Position numbers and translations under genes: made by a program. From Enterobacteria phage GiZh: a stretch of 64,000 nucleotides of DNA. The DNA lies in the sequence record NC_054903.1; one strand, 5' to 3'. The stretch's first letter is position 1. Each line of letters starts with the position of its first letter. A model generated the notes under the pieces. It worked only from the letters and a program-made list of their open reading frames with translations. It ran no database searches and had not been told where the DNA came from. This document shows positions 1-8,593 of the stretch, one piece after another.

Positions 1-400
1 GATTTAAATTATTCCATACATAATAAATAAAGTATGATAAAGCATCTTCACTCGCAATTATAAATTTATTTCCTTCATTTATTTTCCAGTCATATACTGA
101 ATCGTACGAATAAAAAGATAAAGGATTACCATTATATTGTTCTGCGCTAACATTAATGTATTCGGATTTAGTAAATGCTTCAATTGCTCTAAACGGACTA
201 TTTGGCACAGTTTCAATAATTCCGATCTTTTTAAGTTTTATTTCAACATCTTCTGGAACTGGCATTGAAACGAAATTTTCTACGAGATACATAGGGTTAC
301 AATAACCCTTATCAATCACTACGGCTACAGTAATTGGAACATCTTTAGCAAACGACATGCTATTACTGCTAATATACATTTCAAACAAAATCGCTTCCAT
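1..400 (-). CDS. hypothetical protein, 3' end beyond window edge
   Basis: ATG at 400-398 (minus) with GAGGAAAA RBS; 133 codons open to position 1 ([21 protein letters not shown]...); absent from ORF track because no stop in window. Confidence 0.5.
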   Translation of the reverse strand, partial: MEAILFEMYISSNSMSFAKDVPITVAVVIDKGYCNPMYLVENFVSMPVPEDVEIKLKKIGIIETVPNSPFRAIEAFTKSEYINVSAEQYNGNPLSFYSYDSVYDWKINEGNKFIIASEDALSYFIYYVWNNLN

Positions 401-408
401 AATTTTCC

Positions 409-750
409 TCAATCACAAGATGTAGATGAACAACTAGAATCACAAGAACTTCCACATGAATCACCTGCCCATACATGAACAGGAACATTGGTGTCATATG
501 AATCAGAACTAGACTGTGTATTCTGTGCATTAGATGATGTAGTAGGTACTGACCAGCGCCAAGGATTTTTATAATATTCTTGGGCTTCTTCATAAGTCAT
601 AGTAACTGCTTCTACTGTTCCATCTCCCATATAAACATATTCAACTACAGTTAAAGGAAGATAGTCATTTGAAATAGGAACTACACCTTCTCCCGGAGTT
701 GTAGAGAAAAAATCTGTAAAGAAATTTTTAAACCAATTAAAGATAAACAT
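409..750 (-). CDS. hypothetical protein with Ser/Cys-rich C-terminal tail
   Basis: 113-aa ORF, stop abuts next gene start; C-terminus [17 protein letters not shown]. Confidence 0.5.
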   Translation of the reverse strand: MFIFNWFKNFFTDFFSTTPGEGVVPISNDYLPLTVVEYVYMGDGTVEAVTMTYEEAQEYYKNPWRWSVPTTSSNAQNTQSSSDSYDTNVPVHVWAGDSCGSSCDSSCSSTSCD

Positions 751-962
751 TACAAAAAGCCTCTTTGAAATTCGACTCTTTGAAATCCACCCCAGTCAGT
801 ATATCGCATTTCAGCATTGAACTCGACTGAACCATCTGCATGCATCATGAATGAATGCGTGACGACATCACAATCCCAGCTTTTCATACCCCATTTATCA
901 GAGATAGCTTTATCAAGAACCTTCTGAAGGTCTTCATTTGGTTTAATCCAACGATTTAACAT
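750..962 (-). CDS. hypothetical protein
   Basis: 70-aa ORF, ATGA-type junction with downstream ORF in same-strand operon. Confidence 0.45.
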   Translation of the reverse strand: MLNRWIKPNEDLQKVLDKAISDKWGMKSWDCDVVTHSFMMHADGSVEFNAEMRYTDWGGFQRVEFQRGFL

Positions 963-1060
963 AGTGTTCTCCTCTATAAGATATTTTTATTATACCACAC
1001 TCATTTTGACATGTAAACCATAAAATGAAAAAAGGAATCCCGAAGGATTCCTTAAATTAT

Positions 1061-1318
1061 TTAACCACCTACACCAGGTGTAGGTGTAACAGTCCAAAGA
1101 CCTTCATTAGCAGTGATCCATTCAGTACGCTGATTTTCTTCATATACTGTAGAATATGCTGCTTTTTCAGAAGGGAATGTCTGATAATGAGCACCAGAAA
1201 TTTTGTGAACATCAGAATAAAGAGGGAAAGCTACAGAAATTTCTTTACCCTGAATTGTACCACCATCAACTGCTTGGTCAAATGTTTTGATATTAACATA
1301 ACCGCGAGTACTAGCCAT
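1061..1318 (-). CDS. soc: small outer capsid protein Soc
   Basis: MASTRGYVNIKTF...ISVAFPLYSDVHKISGAHYQTFPSEKAAYSTVYEENQRTEW matches recalled T4 Soc; ATG verified at 1318-1316. Confidence 0.9.
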   Translation of the reverse strand: MASTRGYVNIKTFDQAVDGGTIQGKEISVAFPLYSDVHKISGAHYQTFPSEKAAYSTVYEENQRTEWITANEGLWTVTPTPGVGG

Positions 1319-1334
1319 GTAATTCTCCTTTTAT

Positions 1335-1544
1335 TTAAATTACATGATTATTTATAATAAATTCTCGCGGAACGTTAAAATACCCGATTTTAGTTAATAT
1401 AACAACATCGCCGTTAATAATTACCGGAGAATAATCTTCTGGAGCATTAAATTTCCAATGGGCTCTAATATTATATCCATCAGAACCAAATGCTCGCGTA
1501 GCTGGTCTCCCAGCTTTTTGCCATGCGTAGAAATCAAATTTCAT
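1335..1544 (-). CDS. hypothetical protein (soc.1 position)
   Basis: 69-aa ORF between soc and gene 56; this interval holds soc.1/soc.2 in T2-type phages (segF in T4). Confidence 0.5.
   Translation of the reverse strand: MKFDFYAWQKAGRPATRAFGSDGYNIRAHWKFNAPEDYSPVIINGDVVILTKIGYFNVPREFIINNHVI
1349..1356 (-). promoter_or_regulatory. T4-type late promoter (TATAAATA on minus strand) upstream of soc
   Basis: plus-strand tatttata about 30 nt upstream of soc ATG; soc is a late gene in T4. Confidence 0.55.
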
Positions 1545-1735
1545 TTTGAATGCTCTATAATTAATTTTAAAGCTTCTTCACTGACAAAAATTTCGTCAGG
1601 ACCTTCTATAACTTCAACCATACGAAGTTGATTAGTTAAGAGCTCACATACGAGCTCCTTGTTATAATCTTTAAATAGCTGGTCAATACGTTTCTTATGG
1701 GCTTTCTTGAGCTGACGCTTATTTAAACGAGCCAT
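1541..1735 (-). CDS. hypothetical protein (soc.2 position)
   Basis: 64-aa ORF, overlapping stop/start junctions with neighbours. Confidence 0.5.
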   Translation of the reverse strand: MARLNKRQLKKAHKKRIDQLFKDYNKELVCELLTNQLRMVEVIEGPDEIFVSEEALKLIIEHSK

Positions 1736-2253
1736 TAATAACCTCGGTCTTGACGAGCGAAGTTTTCAGCATTTTTCAGATAATAAAGTTTAAATATTTC
1801 TTCAGCTGACATTCCAAGAGCAATGAATTTATTCATGAAAAAGTGAAATTGATCAATCAGTTCAAATTTAATTTCAAGCTGATCTTCAGGAGATAAATCT
1901 TGAATTTTCTTGGATTGCATTTCAGAATAACGTTTCTTCCAAGGTTTCCATACAGCAGAAGCTTCTTTTTCGCCATTACTCATACCACCGAGAGAAGTAT
2001 ATAGCTCGCGAGTTTCGTCTGCGATATAATCGTCTTGGTTTCGCAACCAAGCAAGAACTTCTCCCGCAGTTTCAAGTGAATCAGGATGACGATTTGTTTC
2101 TGGTTTATCATTAGCCAAACGAATCTGTAAATGCCGCTGCATGTCAAGCATAACCTGCAGTGGGTCAATATTGTGCATAATATTCTCAGCATATGCACGA
2201 TTTGCTTTATCAACACCTTCGATCAAATGAGCACATTCATTAAAGTAAGCCAT
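1735..2253 (-). CDS. 56: dCTP pyrophosphatase (dCTPase/dUTPase) gp56
   Basis: From internal ATG at 2253-2251 (RBS AAAGGAAA): MAYFNECAHLIEGVD...KNAENFARQDRGY, 172 aa, matches recalled T4 gp56; track N-terminal extension judged artifact. Confidence 0.85.
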   Translation of the reverse strand: MAYFNECAHLIEGVDKANRAYAENIMHNIDPLQVMLDMQRHLQIRLANDKPETNRHPDSLETAGEVLAWLRNQDDYIADETRELYTSLGGMSNGEKEASAVWKPWKKRYSEMQSKKIQDLSPEDQLEIKFELIDQFHFFMNKFIALGMSAEEIFKLYYLKNAENFARQDRGY

Positions 2254-2287
2254 TATTTTTCCTTTCAATTCATGGGTTAGTAGATTA

Positions 2288-2312
2288 ATTATACAATAAA
2301 TATATAAAGCAA
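2288..2312 (-). promoter_or_regulatory. candidate MotA-dependent middle promoter for gene 56
   Basis: minus-strand TTGCTTTA (MotA box) then ~11 nt then TATAAT, about 35 nt upstream of gene 56 ATG. Confidence 0.4.
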
Positions 2313-2324
2313 TAAGGAGGACAT

Positions 2325-2525
2325 ATGGTACAAAAATTAATGGCACTTGTTAATGCCATCAAAGGTAATAAGAAACGTATAGCTTTTACTATTTCTGCTA
2401 TGGTAGGAATTTTACTCTGGAACTTTATTTTATCACCAATTGCAATTGCACATGGTGTTAATATTCCAGTAGTTACTCTTGATACATTTGTAGATTTAGC
2501 ATTTGCTTTAGTTGGGTTAATTTAA
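2325..2525 (+). CDS. hypothetical small hydrophobic protein (opposite strand)
   Basis: ATG 2325 preceded by AAGGAGG at optimal spacing; 66 aa, hydrophobic; only plus-strand ORF with a strong RBS in the early region. Confidence 0.3.
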   Translation: MVQKLMALVNAIKGNKKRIAFTISAMVGILLWNFILSPIAIAHGVNIPVVTLDTFVDLAFALVGLI

Positions 2526-3550
2526 ATCTTAGCATATTTAGATAACCGCATTTTAGCCATCAACCCCTGGGCAATATTATTTTTCATATATTCCATAATT
2601 TGTTCAGGGGTTGCACCTTCCTTTCTAATCATATCATTAACATCTTTTGATTTCCAGGGAGATTTATCCCAAAACATAACCCTTTCTCCTGCATCAACTA
2701 ATTTAGTCATTCGCTTAATAGTGTCAGGATGACGAGGTTCATTATCTAAGACCCACACACGCCTATCTTTAAATGGAACAACTTCTAGGTCTAATTGACC
2801 ACCCGTAATAGCTATACCATTTTCAATAAAAAGTGAATCTATAGGTCCTTCTAAAACATATACATCACCATCTTTAACTCGTTCGACTCCATATATTTTT
2901 GTTGCCTCAGGATAAGCTTTGATGGTGATATATTTTTGAGGAGCATCTTTCTTTAATGCACGTCCTTGAAAAGACTCAGCTTTTCCATTAGCATTATAAA
3001 TTGGAATAACAAGACGAGGCTCAGAAATTTCCTTTTTGTATGTTCCCGGTGCTATGCTATTAACTAATTTAGGCCATTCAGTTGTAAACCAAAGATATTT
3101 CCATTTATCCTTTGGAATACAACGAGCTTTTACATATTTTATAATTGCATGGTCTTCCGCCAGTTTATCTAATCGAACACATGACGGAAGAGATTTAATT
3201 ATTTTCTTCTCAGGTTGTTTAGGAAGTTCTTTAGGTTTTTCTACTGGACGACTTTTACCTTTTTCTTTTCTTATTTCAAAGATATACTCACGATATAAAT
3301 CAGGTTCAAACTCCTTTAAATATATTCCGATTGGTGCATGATAGTTACAGTTATAACAATGAATATTTCCTTCATTATTATCACCATAATACCATCCACG
3401 AGCTTTATTCTGGTCGGTTTTTGAATCTCCACAAACAGGACATCTAAACCGTAATTTAAAAGTTGAACTATTATTTACTTGTGTGAATTTAGGTAAATGA
3501 GCTAATGCACGGTATGCAAACTCATTATCAATCCAAGGTATTGATGACAT
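2522..3550 (-). CDS. 61: DNA primase gp61
   Basis: 342 aa; MSSIPWIDNEFAYRALAHL..., zinc ribbon CPVCG...CYNC, TOPRIM-like VLDNEPRH; ATG verified at 3550-3548. Confidence 0.9.
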   Translation of the reverse strand: MSSIPWIDNEFAYRALAHLPKFTQVNNSSTFKLRFRCPVCGDSKTDQNKARGWYYGDNNEGNIHCYNCNYHAPIGIYLKEFEPDLYREYIFEIRKEKGKSRPVEKPKELPKQPEKKIIKSLPSCVRLDKLAEDHAIIKYVKARCIPKDKWKYLWFTTEWPKLVNSIAPGTYKKEISEPRLVIPIYNANGKAESFQGRALKKDAPQKYITIKAYPEATKIYGVERVKDGDVYVLEGPIDSLFIENGIAITGGQLDLEVVPFKDRRVWVLDNEPRHPDTIKRMTKLVDAGERVMFWDKSPWKSKDVNDMIRKEGATPEQIMEYMKNNIAQGLMAKMRLSKYAKI

Positions 3551-3713
3551 TTTTACTCTTCTTTTTCTTTAGATTCCTCTTTTTTTTAGGAATCTGTTCA
3601 GGACCTTTATTTACTACAGCGCCTGATGTTGTTCCAGTAGAGATATTTTCAGGATTACCACCTGAATCTCCAGCTACCATATCTTCTTTAATAAATTCTT
3701 TATATGTTTTCAT
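3528..3713 (-). CDS. small basic protein with capsid-targeting-like N-terminus
   Basis: ATG 3713-3711 with AGAGGT RBS; N-terminus MKTYKEFIKE; C-terminal KKKRNLKKKKSKN; 23-nt out-of-frame overlap with gene 61 start. Confidence 0.5.
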   Translation of the reverse strand: MKTYKEFIKEDMVAGDSGGNPENISTGTTSGAVVNKGPEQIPKKKRNLKKKKSKNVINTLD

Positions 3714-3714
3714 A

Positions 3715-4071
3715 TTAACCTCTATTCATAAAAGCATTAAAAATTTGGTCATCAATAGATGGAATAGCAACCTTTTCGGCATCATTTAGCAAATCATTAA
3801 TTTCATCAGATAGCATAACACATGTGCCTTTATTTCCTGTAATTGTTACTGCGCAATTACGAACGTTTTCTTTATCAAATTTTAGGTTAATATTTTCGTA
3901 GTGAAAATCCTTTAATGCCGAATATATCTTTAAAATGAAATTGTCTTTTACTACAATAAACCCAACCTCACTATTAAAACGCGGTTCATGGAAACTGTAA
4001 TAAACCTTTTCATCTATAAAATCGTATGAAATTTTTTCCATTTTTAAATATGAAAATTCAGAACTATACAT
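3715..4071 (-). CDS. hypothetical protein (61.1 position)
   Basis: 118 aa; ATG verified; C-terminus SIDDQIFNAFMNRG shared with next gene. Confidence 0.55.
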   Translation of the reverse strand: MYSSEFSYLKMEKISYDFIDEKVYYSFHEPRFNSEVGFIVVKDNFILKIYSALKDFHYENINLKFDKENVRNCAVTITGNKGTCVMLSDEINDLLNDAEKVAIPSIDDQIFNAFMNRG

Positions 4072-4072
4072 A

Positions 4073-4705
4073 TTAACCTTTATTCATAAAAGCATTAAAA
4101 ATTTGATCGTCAATAGAAACTTTTACTTTAGGCTGTTCTTCAAACGGTAATTCATATCCACATATTACAATTTTGTGATCGATACCAAAATACACAGAAG
4201 CAATATTATTAATATTATTTTCAGTGAAATCTAAATCAACATCAATATCTTTTTGACTAACGCTCAAAGGATAATTAATACGAATAATTCGATTATCTTT
4301 AACAAAGATTCCACCGACATACTCTGTGCTGCGTTTAAAGTTTACACGTTTCCTAAATGAAAAATATTCAGGTTCTTTATGCGCTCGACTCATAGGGCTT
4401 AAAGTGTATTCCGAATATGAAATATCAAATCCTACACCTTCAATATGAGCCAAAGTGTCATGATTAAACCAATTATAATCGTATGCCAAATCCATTAAAT
4501 TGTAATATGTGAAAGGCACCGGATTAACATCATATGTTGTACCTTTAAAATCTGCCCAGGCAACGATTTCGTTATCTTTAACAATTACAAAAATTGTGCC
4601 AATAAGATATCCACGGTTATTTTCATCAGGTGTTATATTATAACATTGTGCATCAGGAAATTTACCGTATTTAAACGGTGGATTTTTGTGCATATAATAA
4701 ATCAT
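4073..4705 (-). CDS. hypothetical protein (61.2 position), two internal repeats of a VKDN module
   Basis: 210 aa; ATG verified; GTIFVIVKDNEIV and GGIFVKDNRIIRI modules; C-terminus SIDDQIFNAFMNKG. Confidence 0.55.
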   Translation of the reverse strand: MIYYMHKNPPFKYGKFPDAQCYNITPDENNRGYLIGTIFVIVKDNEIVAWADFKGTTYDVNPVPFTYYNLMDLAYDYNWFNHDTLAHIEGVGFDISYSEYTLSPMSRAHKEPEYFSFRKRVNFKRSTEYVGGIFVKDNRIIRINYPLSVSQKDIDVDLDFTENNINNIASVYFGIDHKIVICGYELPFEEQPKVKVSIDDQIFNAFMNKG

Positions 4706-4706
4706 A

Positions 4707-5000
4707 TTATTCGCCTGTGATTTCGGTTACGATATTTTTGTTATTAAAGTTTTTATCGCAATACAGAACATAATTATACTGCATTACACCACCAGACTTA
4801 AGCTGTTTTTGTACTTCAGCTTTCATTTCAGGACGATCGCGCTCAACGATATTCATAATATCCGCTTCAATTTGAGTTTCAACTTCAGTCTGATCTGCAG
4901 TCATAGACCATTCACACAAATCTTTATCATAGCCTGCCATAGCAGGCTGAGCAGCACAAGAAGCCAAAGTAAAAATTGTAGCAAAAATAAATTTTTTCAT
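4707..5000 (-). CDS. sp: Spackle-like periplasmic protein
   Basis: 97 aa with signal peptide MKKFIFATIFTLASCAAQPAMA; size and position between 61 and dmd as in T4. Confidence 0.75.
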   Translation of the reverse strand: MKKFIFATIFTLASCAAQPAMAGYDKDLCEWSMTADQTEVETQIEADIMNIVERDRPEMKAEVQKQLKSGGVMQYNYVLYCDKNFNNKNIVTEITGE

Positions 5001-5060
5001 GATAATCTCCTCAGTAGTTTATGTTTATATAGTATCTCAATTTCCAACAAAAGTAAACAG

Positions 5061-5318
5061 CTATTTTAAAACTTCTGCGTAATCACATGTTACAAACTGT
5101 TTCTCTAGCTTAACGATTTTACGAAAATGCCTTTTACACTGACGAATCTGCCTCTTCGTAGGACGTACAACAAACTTAATAAATTCCACTCGACCAAATG
5201 GAGGACTTTCTTCTGCTGGAATATCTAACACCAATTCCCATGTATCCGCAATAAGCGCTTTGAATTGCGTATTTTTCCTGACGTTATACGGAGTAGGTTT
5301 AAATAAAACAATATGCAT
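5061..5318 (-). CDS. hypothetical protein (61.4 position)
   Basis: 85-aa ORF, ATG verified, 2-nt gap to dmd. Confidence 0.5.
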   Translation of the reverse strand: MHIVLFKPTPYNVRKNTQFKALIADTWELVLDIPAEESPPFGRVEFIKFVVRPTKRQIRQCKRHFRKIVKLEKQFVTCDYAEVLK

Positions 5319-5319
5319 A

Positions 5320-5502
5320 TTATCCTCGGCAATCTACTTCACATACTTTCTTGTCATCAATGAAAGCTTTAACTAATGCTTTATTAACTTCAGCATATTG
5401 AGTAGTAGCCCATTGAACGTCATCTTTCATCATTGTGATTTCTTTAGTAAACATGCTTTCATTCTTAAACCACCCCATAAAAACTACCTTTACCAATTCC
5501 AT
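5320..5502 (-). CDS. dmd: Dmd antitoxin-type protein (discrimination of mRNA degradation)
   Basis: 60 aa MELVKVVFMGWFKNESMFTKEITMMKDDVQWATTQYAEVNKALVKAFIDDKKVCEVDCRG; size and position match T4 Dmd. Confidence 0.8.
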   Translation of the reverse strand: MELVKVVFMGWFKNESMFTKEITMMKDDVQWATTQYAEVNKALVKAFIDDKKVCEVDCRG

Positions 5503-5531
5503 AACAATCTCCTCATTTAACCAACAAGACT

Positions 5532-5561
5532 ACTATACCATAGTCTTGTCAGCTTGTAAAC
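5532..5561 (-). promoter_or_regulatory. T4-type early promoter upstream of dmd
   Basis: minus strand: AT-rich UP, GTTTACA, 17-nt spacer, TATAGT. Confidence 0.5.
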
Positions 5562-6988
5562 TAAAATTTTAATTCATTTGCCAAAGCATCTAACTGAGCT
5601 CGAGCGGATTCGTTTCTTTGATAGCGATTCTGTTCAGCCTGAATCTGCTGTGAACCTGCTACTTCGTTCACTTCAGTTGGAGTAGAATCTTGTTCAATTT
5701 CTACCCATTTTTGATTTCCTTTTTGAACACCCATCAAAAACTTATTCCACTTATTCTTATCACCATATCGTGATTTGATTTGCTTAATAAGTTGTTGTTC
5801 AGCAGCTGCCAACTCCTCGGTTTCAATGACCGCAAGCATAAAATCGGCTGTCGCTGGAAGACCAGCAGATTCTGCGATATCACTCATGTTAACATCAGAA
5901 GAATCCCAAGCTTGTTTACCAACCTGTGCTGCAGTCCAAAGAACAGTTTCGGTTTCAACAGCAAGAGCACGCAATTCCTCTGCAATAGCTTTAACAGTTG
6001 TGTAACTATTTTCTGAATAAACTCTAATGCGGCAAGATTTACAAATACCTAGATAGTCGACAATAATGATTGTTGGAACAAAATTCTTTTTGAGCTTCAA
6101 TTCATTCAAGAGAGACCTGAATGTGTTAGCATCTGCTCCACCAGTAGGGTACTGTTTAACGATTAAACGACCAAGAGTAGATTTCTCACGCCATTTTTCC
6201 ATTTTTCCTTTATACTCAGCGTAAGAAATATGTCCATCATCAATATCGTCAAGAGAAACATCGAGCATGTTAGCATCAATACGTTTAGCACAGACTTCTT
6301 CTGCCATTTCCATGGAAATGTAAAGAACATTATGTCCGAGCTGTAAATAATCTGCTGCCAATGAACACAATCCTAATGACTTACCAACGTTAACGCCAGC
6401 CATTAAAACGTTCAGCGTTCCAGTTTCAGCTCCGCCTTTCGTAATTTTGTTTAGAATTCTGAGTTTAAATGGAACCTTACGAGCTTTATTCATATAAGAT
6501 AGCCAACGTGCTTCGTAGTCATCCATCCAATCATGACCAACGTAGCTATCAAATGAAATTGATAATGCTTGACGCATGATGTCAGGAATAGCACCAACAT
6601 CCGGCATTTTCTTATTTCGTTTTTCCGGAGGAAGCTCAGCATTAGTTTGAATTTCGATTATTTTAGACGTAGCATTAAACATCGCCCTTTGCTGAACATA
6701 TTTTTCTGTTTCTTTTACTAACCAGCTGTGGTCTTCTGGAGAATCGGCTAGTTTTGAAATAAGTGTTTTTACACCAGAATATTCCGTTTCAGTAAATGAA
6801 CTATTTTCTAATGCAACATTTAACGCATTAATAGATGGAACGCTATGATACTCATTAACATGAGATTTAATTAATTTGAATGTATTTTTAGCTGGACCAC
6901 TTTCAAAATATTCTGAATCCATATATGGCCAAACTTTTGAAAAATAAGCTTGATCAAATATGAGATGAGAAAGAATAATTTCTACCAC
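5561..6988 (-). CDS. 41: replicative DNA helicase gp41 (DnaB-like)
   Basis: 475 aa; Walker A GVNVGKS; MVEIILSHLIFDQAYF...; apparent GTG start. Confidence 0.95.
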   Translation of the reverse strand: MVEIILSHLIFDQAYFSKVWPYMDSEYFESGPAKNTFKLIKSHVNEYHSVPSINALNVALENSSFTETEYSGVKTLISKLADSPEDHSWLVKETEKYVQQRAMFNATSKIIEIQTNAELPPEKRNKKMPDVGAIPDIMRQALSISFDSYVGHDWMDDYEARWLSYMNKARKVPFKLRILNKITKGGAETGTLNVLMAGVNVGKSLGLCSLAADYLQLGHNVLYISMEMAEEVCAKRIDANMLDVSLDDIDDGHISYAEYKGKMEKWREKSTLGRLIVKQYPTGGADANTFRSLLNELKLKKNFVPTIIIVDYLGICKSCRIRVYSENSYTTVKAIAEELRALAVETETVLWTAAQVGKQAWDSSDVNMSDIAESAGLPATADFMLAVIETEELAAAEQQLIKQIKSRYGDKNKWNKFLMGVQKGNQKWVEIEQDSTPTEVNEVAGSQQIQAEQNRYQRNESARAQLDALANELKF

Positions 6989-6997
6989 ACTTACTCC

Positions 6998-7360
6998 TTA
7001 AAAGAATTTAAATTTTTTCTTTGACCTTTTATTAAATGCATCTTGTAGTTGCATTGTAATACATTTTTCTACATGAGGAGCTAACTCAGCTTTTCTTTCT
7101 TGGTCAAGAACAGCAAAGTCCATTACGACTTTTCCATCAACCCAATCTAATTTTGTCACATACACAATGTGTGTAGAACCGTCTTCTAGTTTAATGACAA
7201 TCTCCTGGATAACATTTTCCATGGCAGATTTAATTATCTTAAGAGATTCATTAAAAAGACGTTCTTTTCTTTCTTCTTCCCCCTCCGAAGAGGGGGATTC
7301 ATCGATAATTTCTAGATCTAAATCTAAATCATCTTTATTCATTAAATTCTTCCATATCAC
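6998..7360 (-). CDS. 40: gp40-like head vertex assembly chaperone
   Basis: 120-aa ORF between uvsX and 41 as in T4; acidic N-terminus DLDLDLEIIDESPSSEGEEE. Confidence 0.6.
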   Translation of the reverse strand: MIWKNLMNKDDLDLDLEIIDESPSSEGEEERKERLFNESLKIIKSAMENVIQEIVIKLEDGSTHIVYVTKLDWVDGKVVMDFAVLDQERKAELAPHVEKCITMQLQDAFNKRSKKKFKFF

Positions 7361-8516
7361 TTAACTGCTCGAGGTCAGTTTCTAAATCAGCAGCTGATTT
7401 ACTTTTACTTTCTGGAGATTTAAATTTTTCAACCTTTGAGTTAATCAATTCATCAACTTCAGCTTCAACAATTTCATTACTATCAATAGCACCTAACTGA
7501 TAAGCACGTTTAATAGCATCTCGGAATGGTTGATGCTTAAATAAAGGACCCCAGAATGTGGTGCAGTTGGTATCTTTTGCACGCCAAGATTTTTCTTCGC
7601 GAATCATCTCACCGGTTTCTTCATCAAGAAATTCACGAGCATACCAACCATTTTTAGGTTTTACCACGAATCCTAATTCTAGAGCCATATCTAACAATCC
7701 AGAATAAGGATCGATACCGCCGTCAAATTTAACATCAATAAAGAATTTACTTTTTTCTTTAACGGTACGAGATTTTTCTACATTTAGAACAAATTGATAC
7801 CCCTGAAGATCAGAACCATCTTTAATCTGGCGTTTACCGATAATGAATACAGTATCAGCCGAATACATTACGCCTGTACCACCTGTCATCACGGTTTTAC
7901 TAAACATTTCAATTGTTTCAATTGTATGGTTAACCGCAACACATGGAATATTTTTAATGCTAAAATAAGGAGTAACAATACGGAATAATGACTTCAGTGA
8001 TTTAGCACGAGTCATATCTGCCACAGATTTTTCATTCAAGGCATCTTCCGTTTCTTTCTTAGAAGCCATATTACCGATTGAGTCGATGAATACAATAACC
8101 TTTTCACCACGCTCAATAGCTTCAAGCTGATTCACCATATCAATTTTCAGCTGTTCAACTGACTGGATTGGCGTATGAATTACTCGTTCCGGGTCAACTC
8201 CCATGGATCGCAAATAAGCTGGAGTAATACCAAATTCGCTATCATAGAATAGACAAACCGCGTCAGGATATTTGTTCAAATACGCCGCAACCATAGTCAA
8301 AGACATATTTGATTTAAAGTGTTTAGAAGGACCTGCAAAAATAGTTAAACCAGACTGCATGCCGCCATCAATCGCACCAGAAATAGCAATATTAAGCATT
8401 GGAATTTTTGTACGAATTACATCCTTTTCATTAAAGAATTTAGATGTAGTCAGTTCAGCAGTCATTTTAGAAGTGGAAGCTTTAATCAAACGGGATTTTA
8501 AATCTGCAATAGACAT
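7335..8516 (-). CDS. uvsX: recombinase UvsX (RecA/Rad51 family)
   Basis: 393 aa; ATG verified; Walker A GPSKHFKS; near-identical to recalled T4 UvsX over most of its length. Confidence 0.95.
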   Translation of the reverse strand: MSIADLKSRLIKASTSKMTAELTTSKFFNEKDVIRTKIPMLNIAISGAIDGGMQSGLTIFAGPSKHFKSNMSLTMVAAYLNKYPDAVCLFYDSEFGITPAYLRSMGVDPERVIHTPIQSVEQLKIDMVNQLEAIERGEKVIVFIDSIGNMASKKETEDALNEKSVADMTRAKSLKSLFRIVTPYFSIKNIPCVAVNHTIETIEMFSKTVMTGGTGVMYSADTVFIIGKRQIKDGSDLQGYQFVLNVEKSRTVKEKSKFFIDVKFDGGIDPYSGLLDMALELGFVVKPKNGWYAREFLDEETGEMIREEKSWRAKDTNCTTFWGPLFKHQPFRDAIKRAYQLGAIDSNEIVEAEVDELINSKVEKFKSPESKSKSAADLETDLEQLSDMEEFNE

Positions 8517-8593
8517 TCATTTTTTCCATAGGCATCATTATATTTTCCTCACTGGTTAAAGATAGAGTAATTATAACACAATAAATTTAGGCA

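Noticed and set aside
1025-1357. 110-aa plus-strand ORF
   Set aside because: Antisense to soc, whose product matches T4 Soc; no RBS; treated as a spurious frame.
5775-6016. Two overlapping plus-strand ORFs of 76 and 78 aa
   Set aside because: Lie entirely inside and antisense to the gene 41 helicase; no start context.
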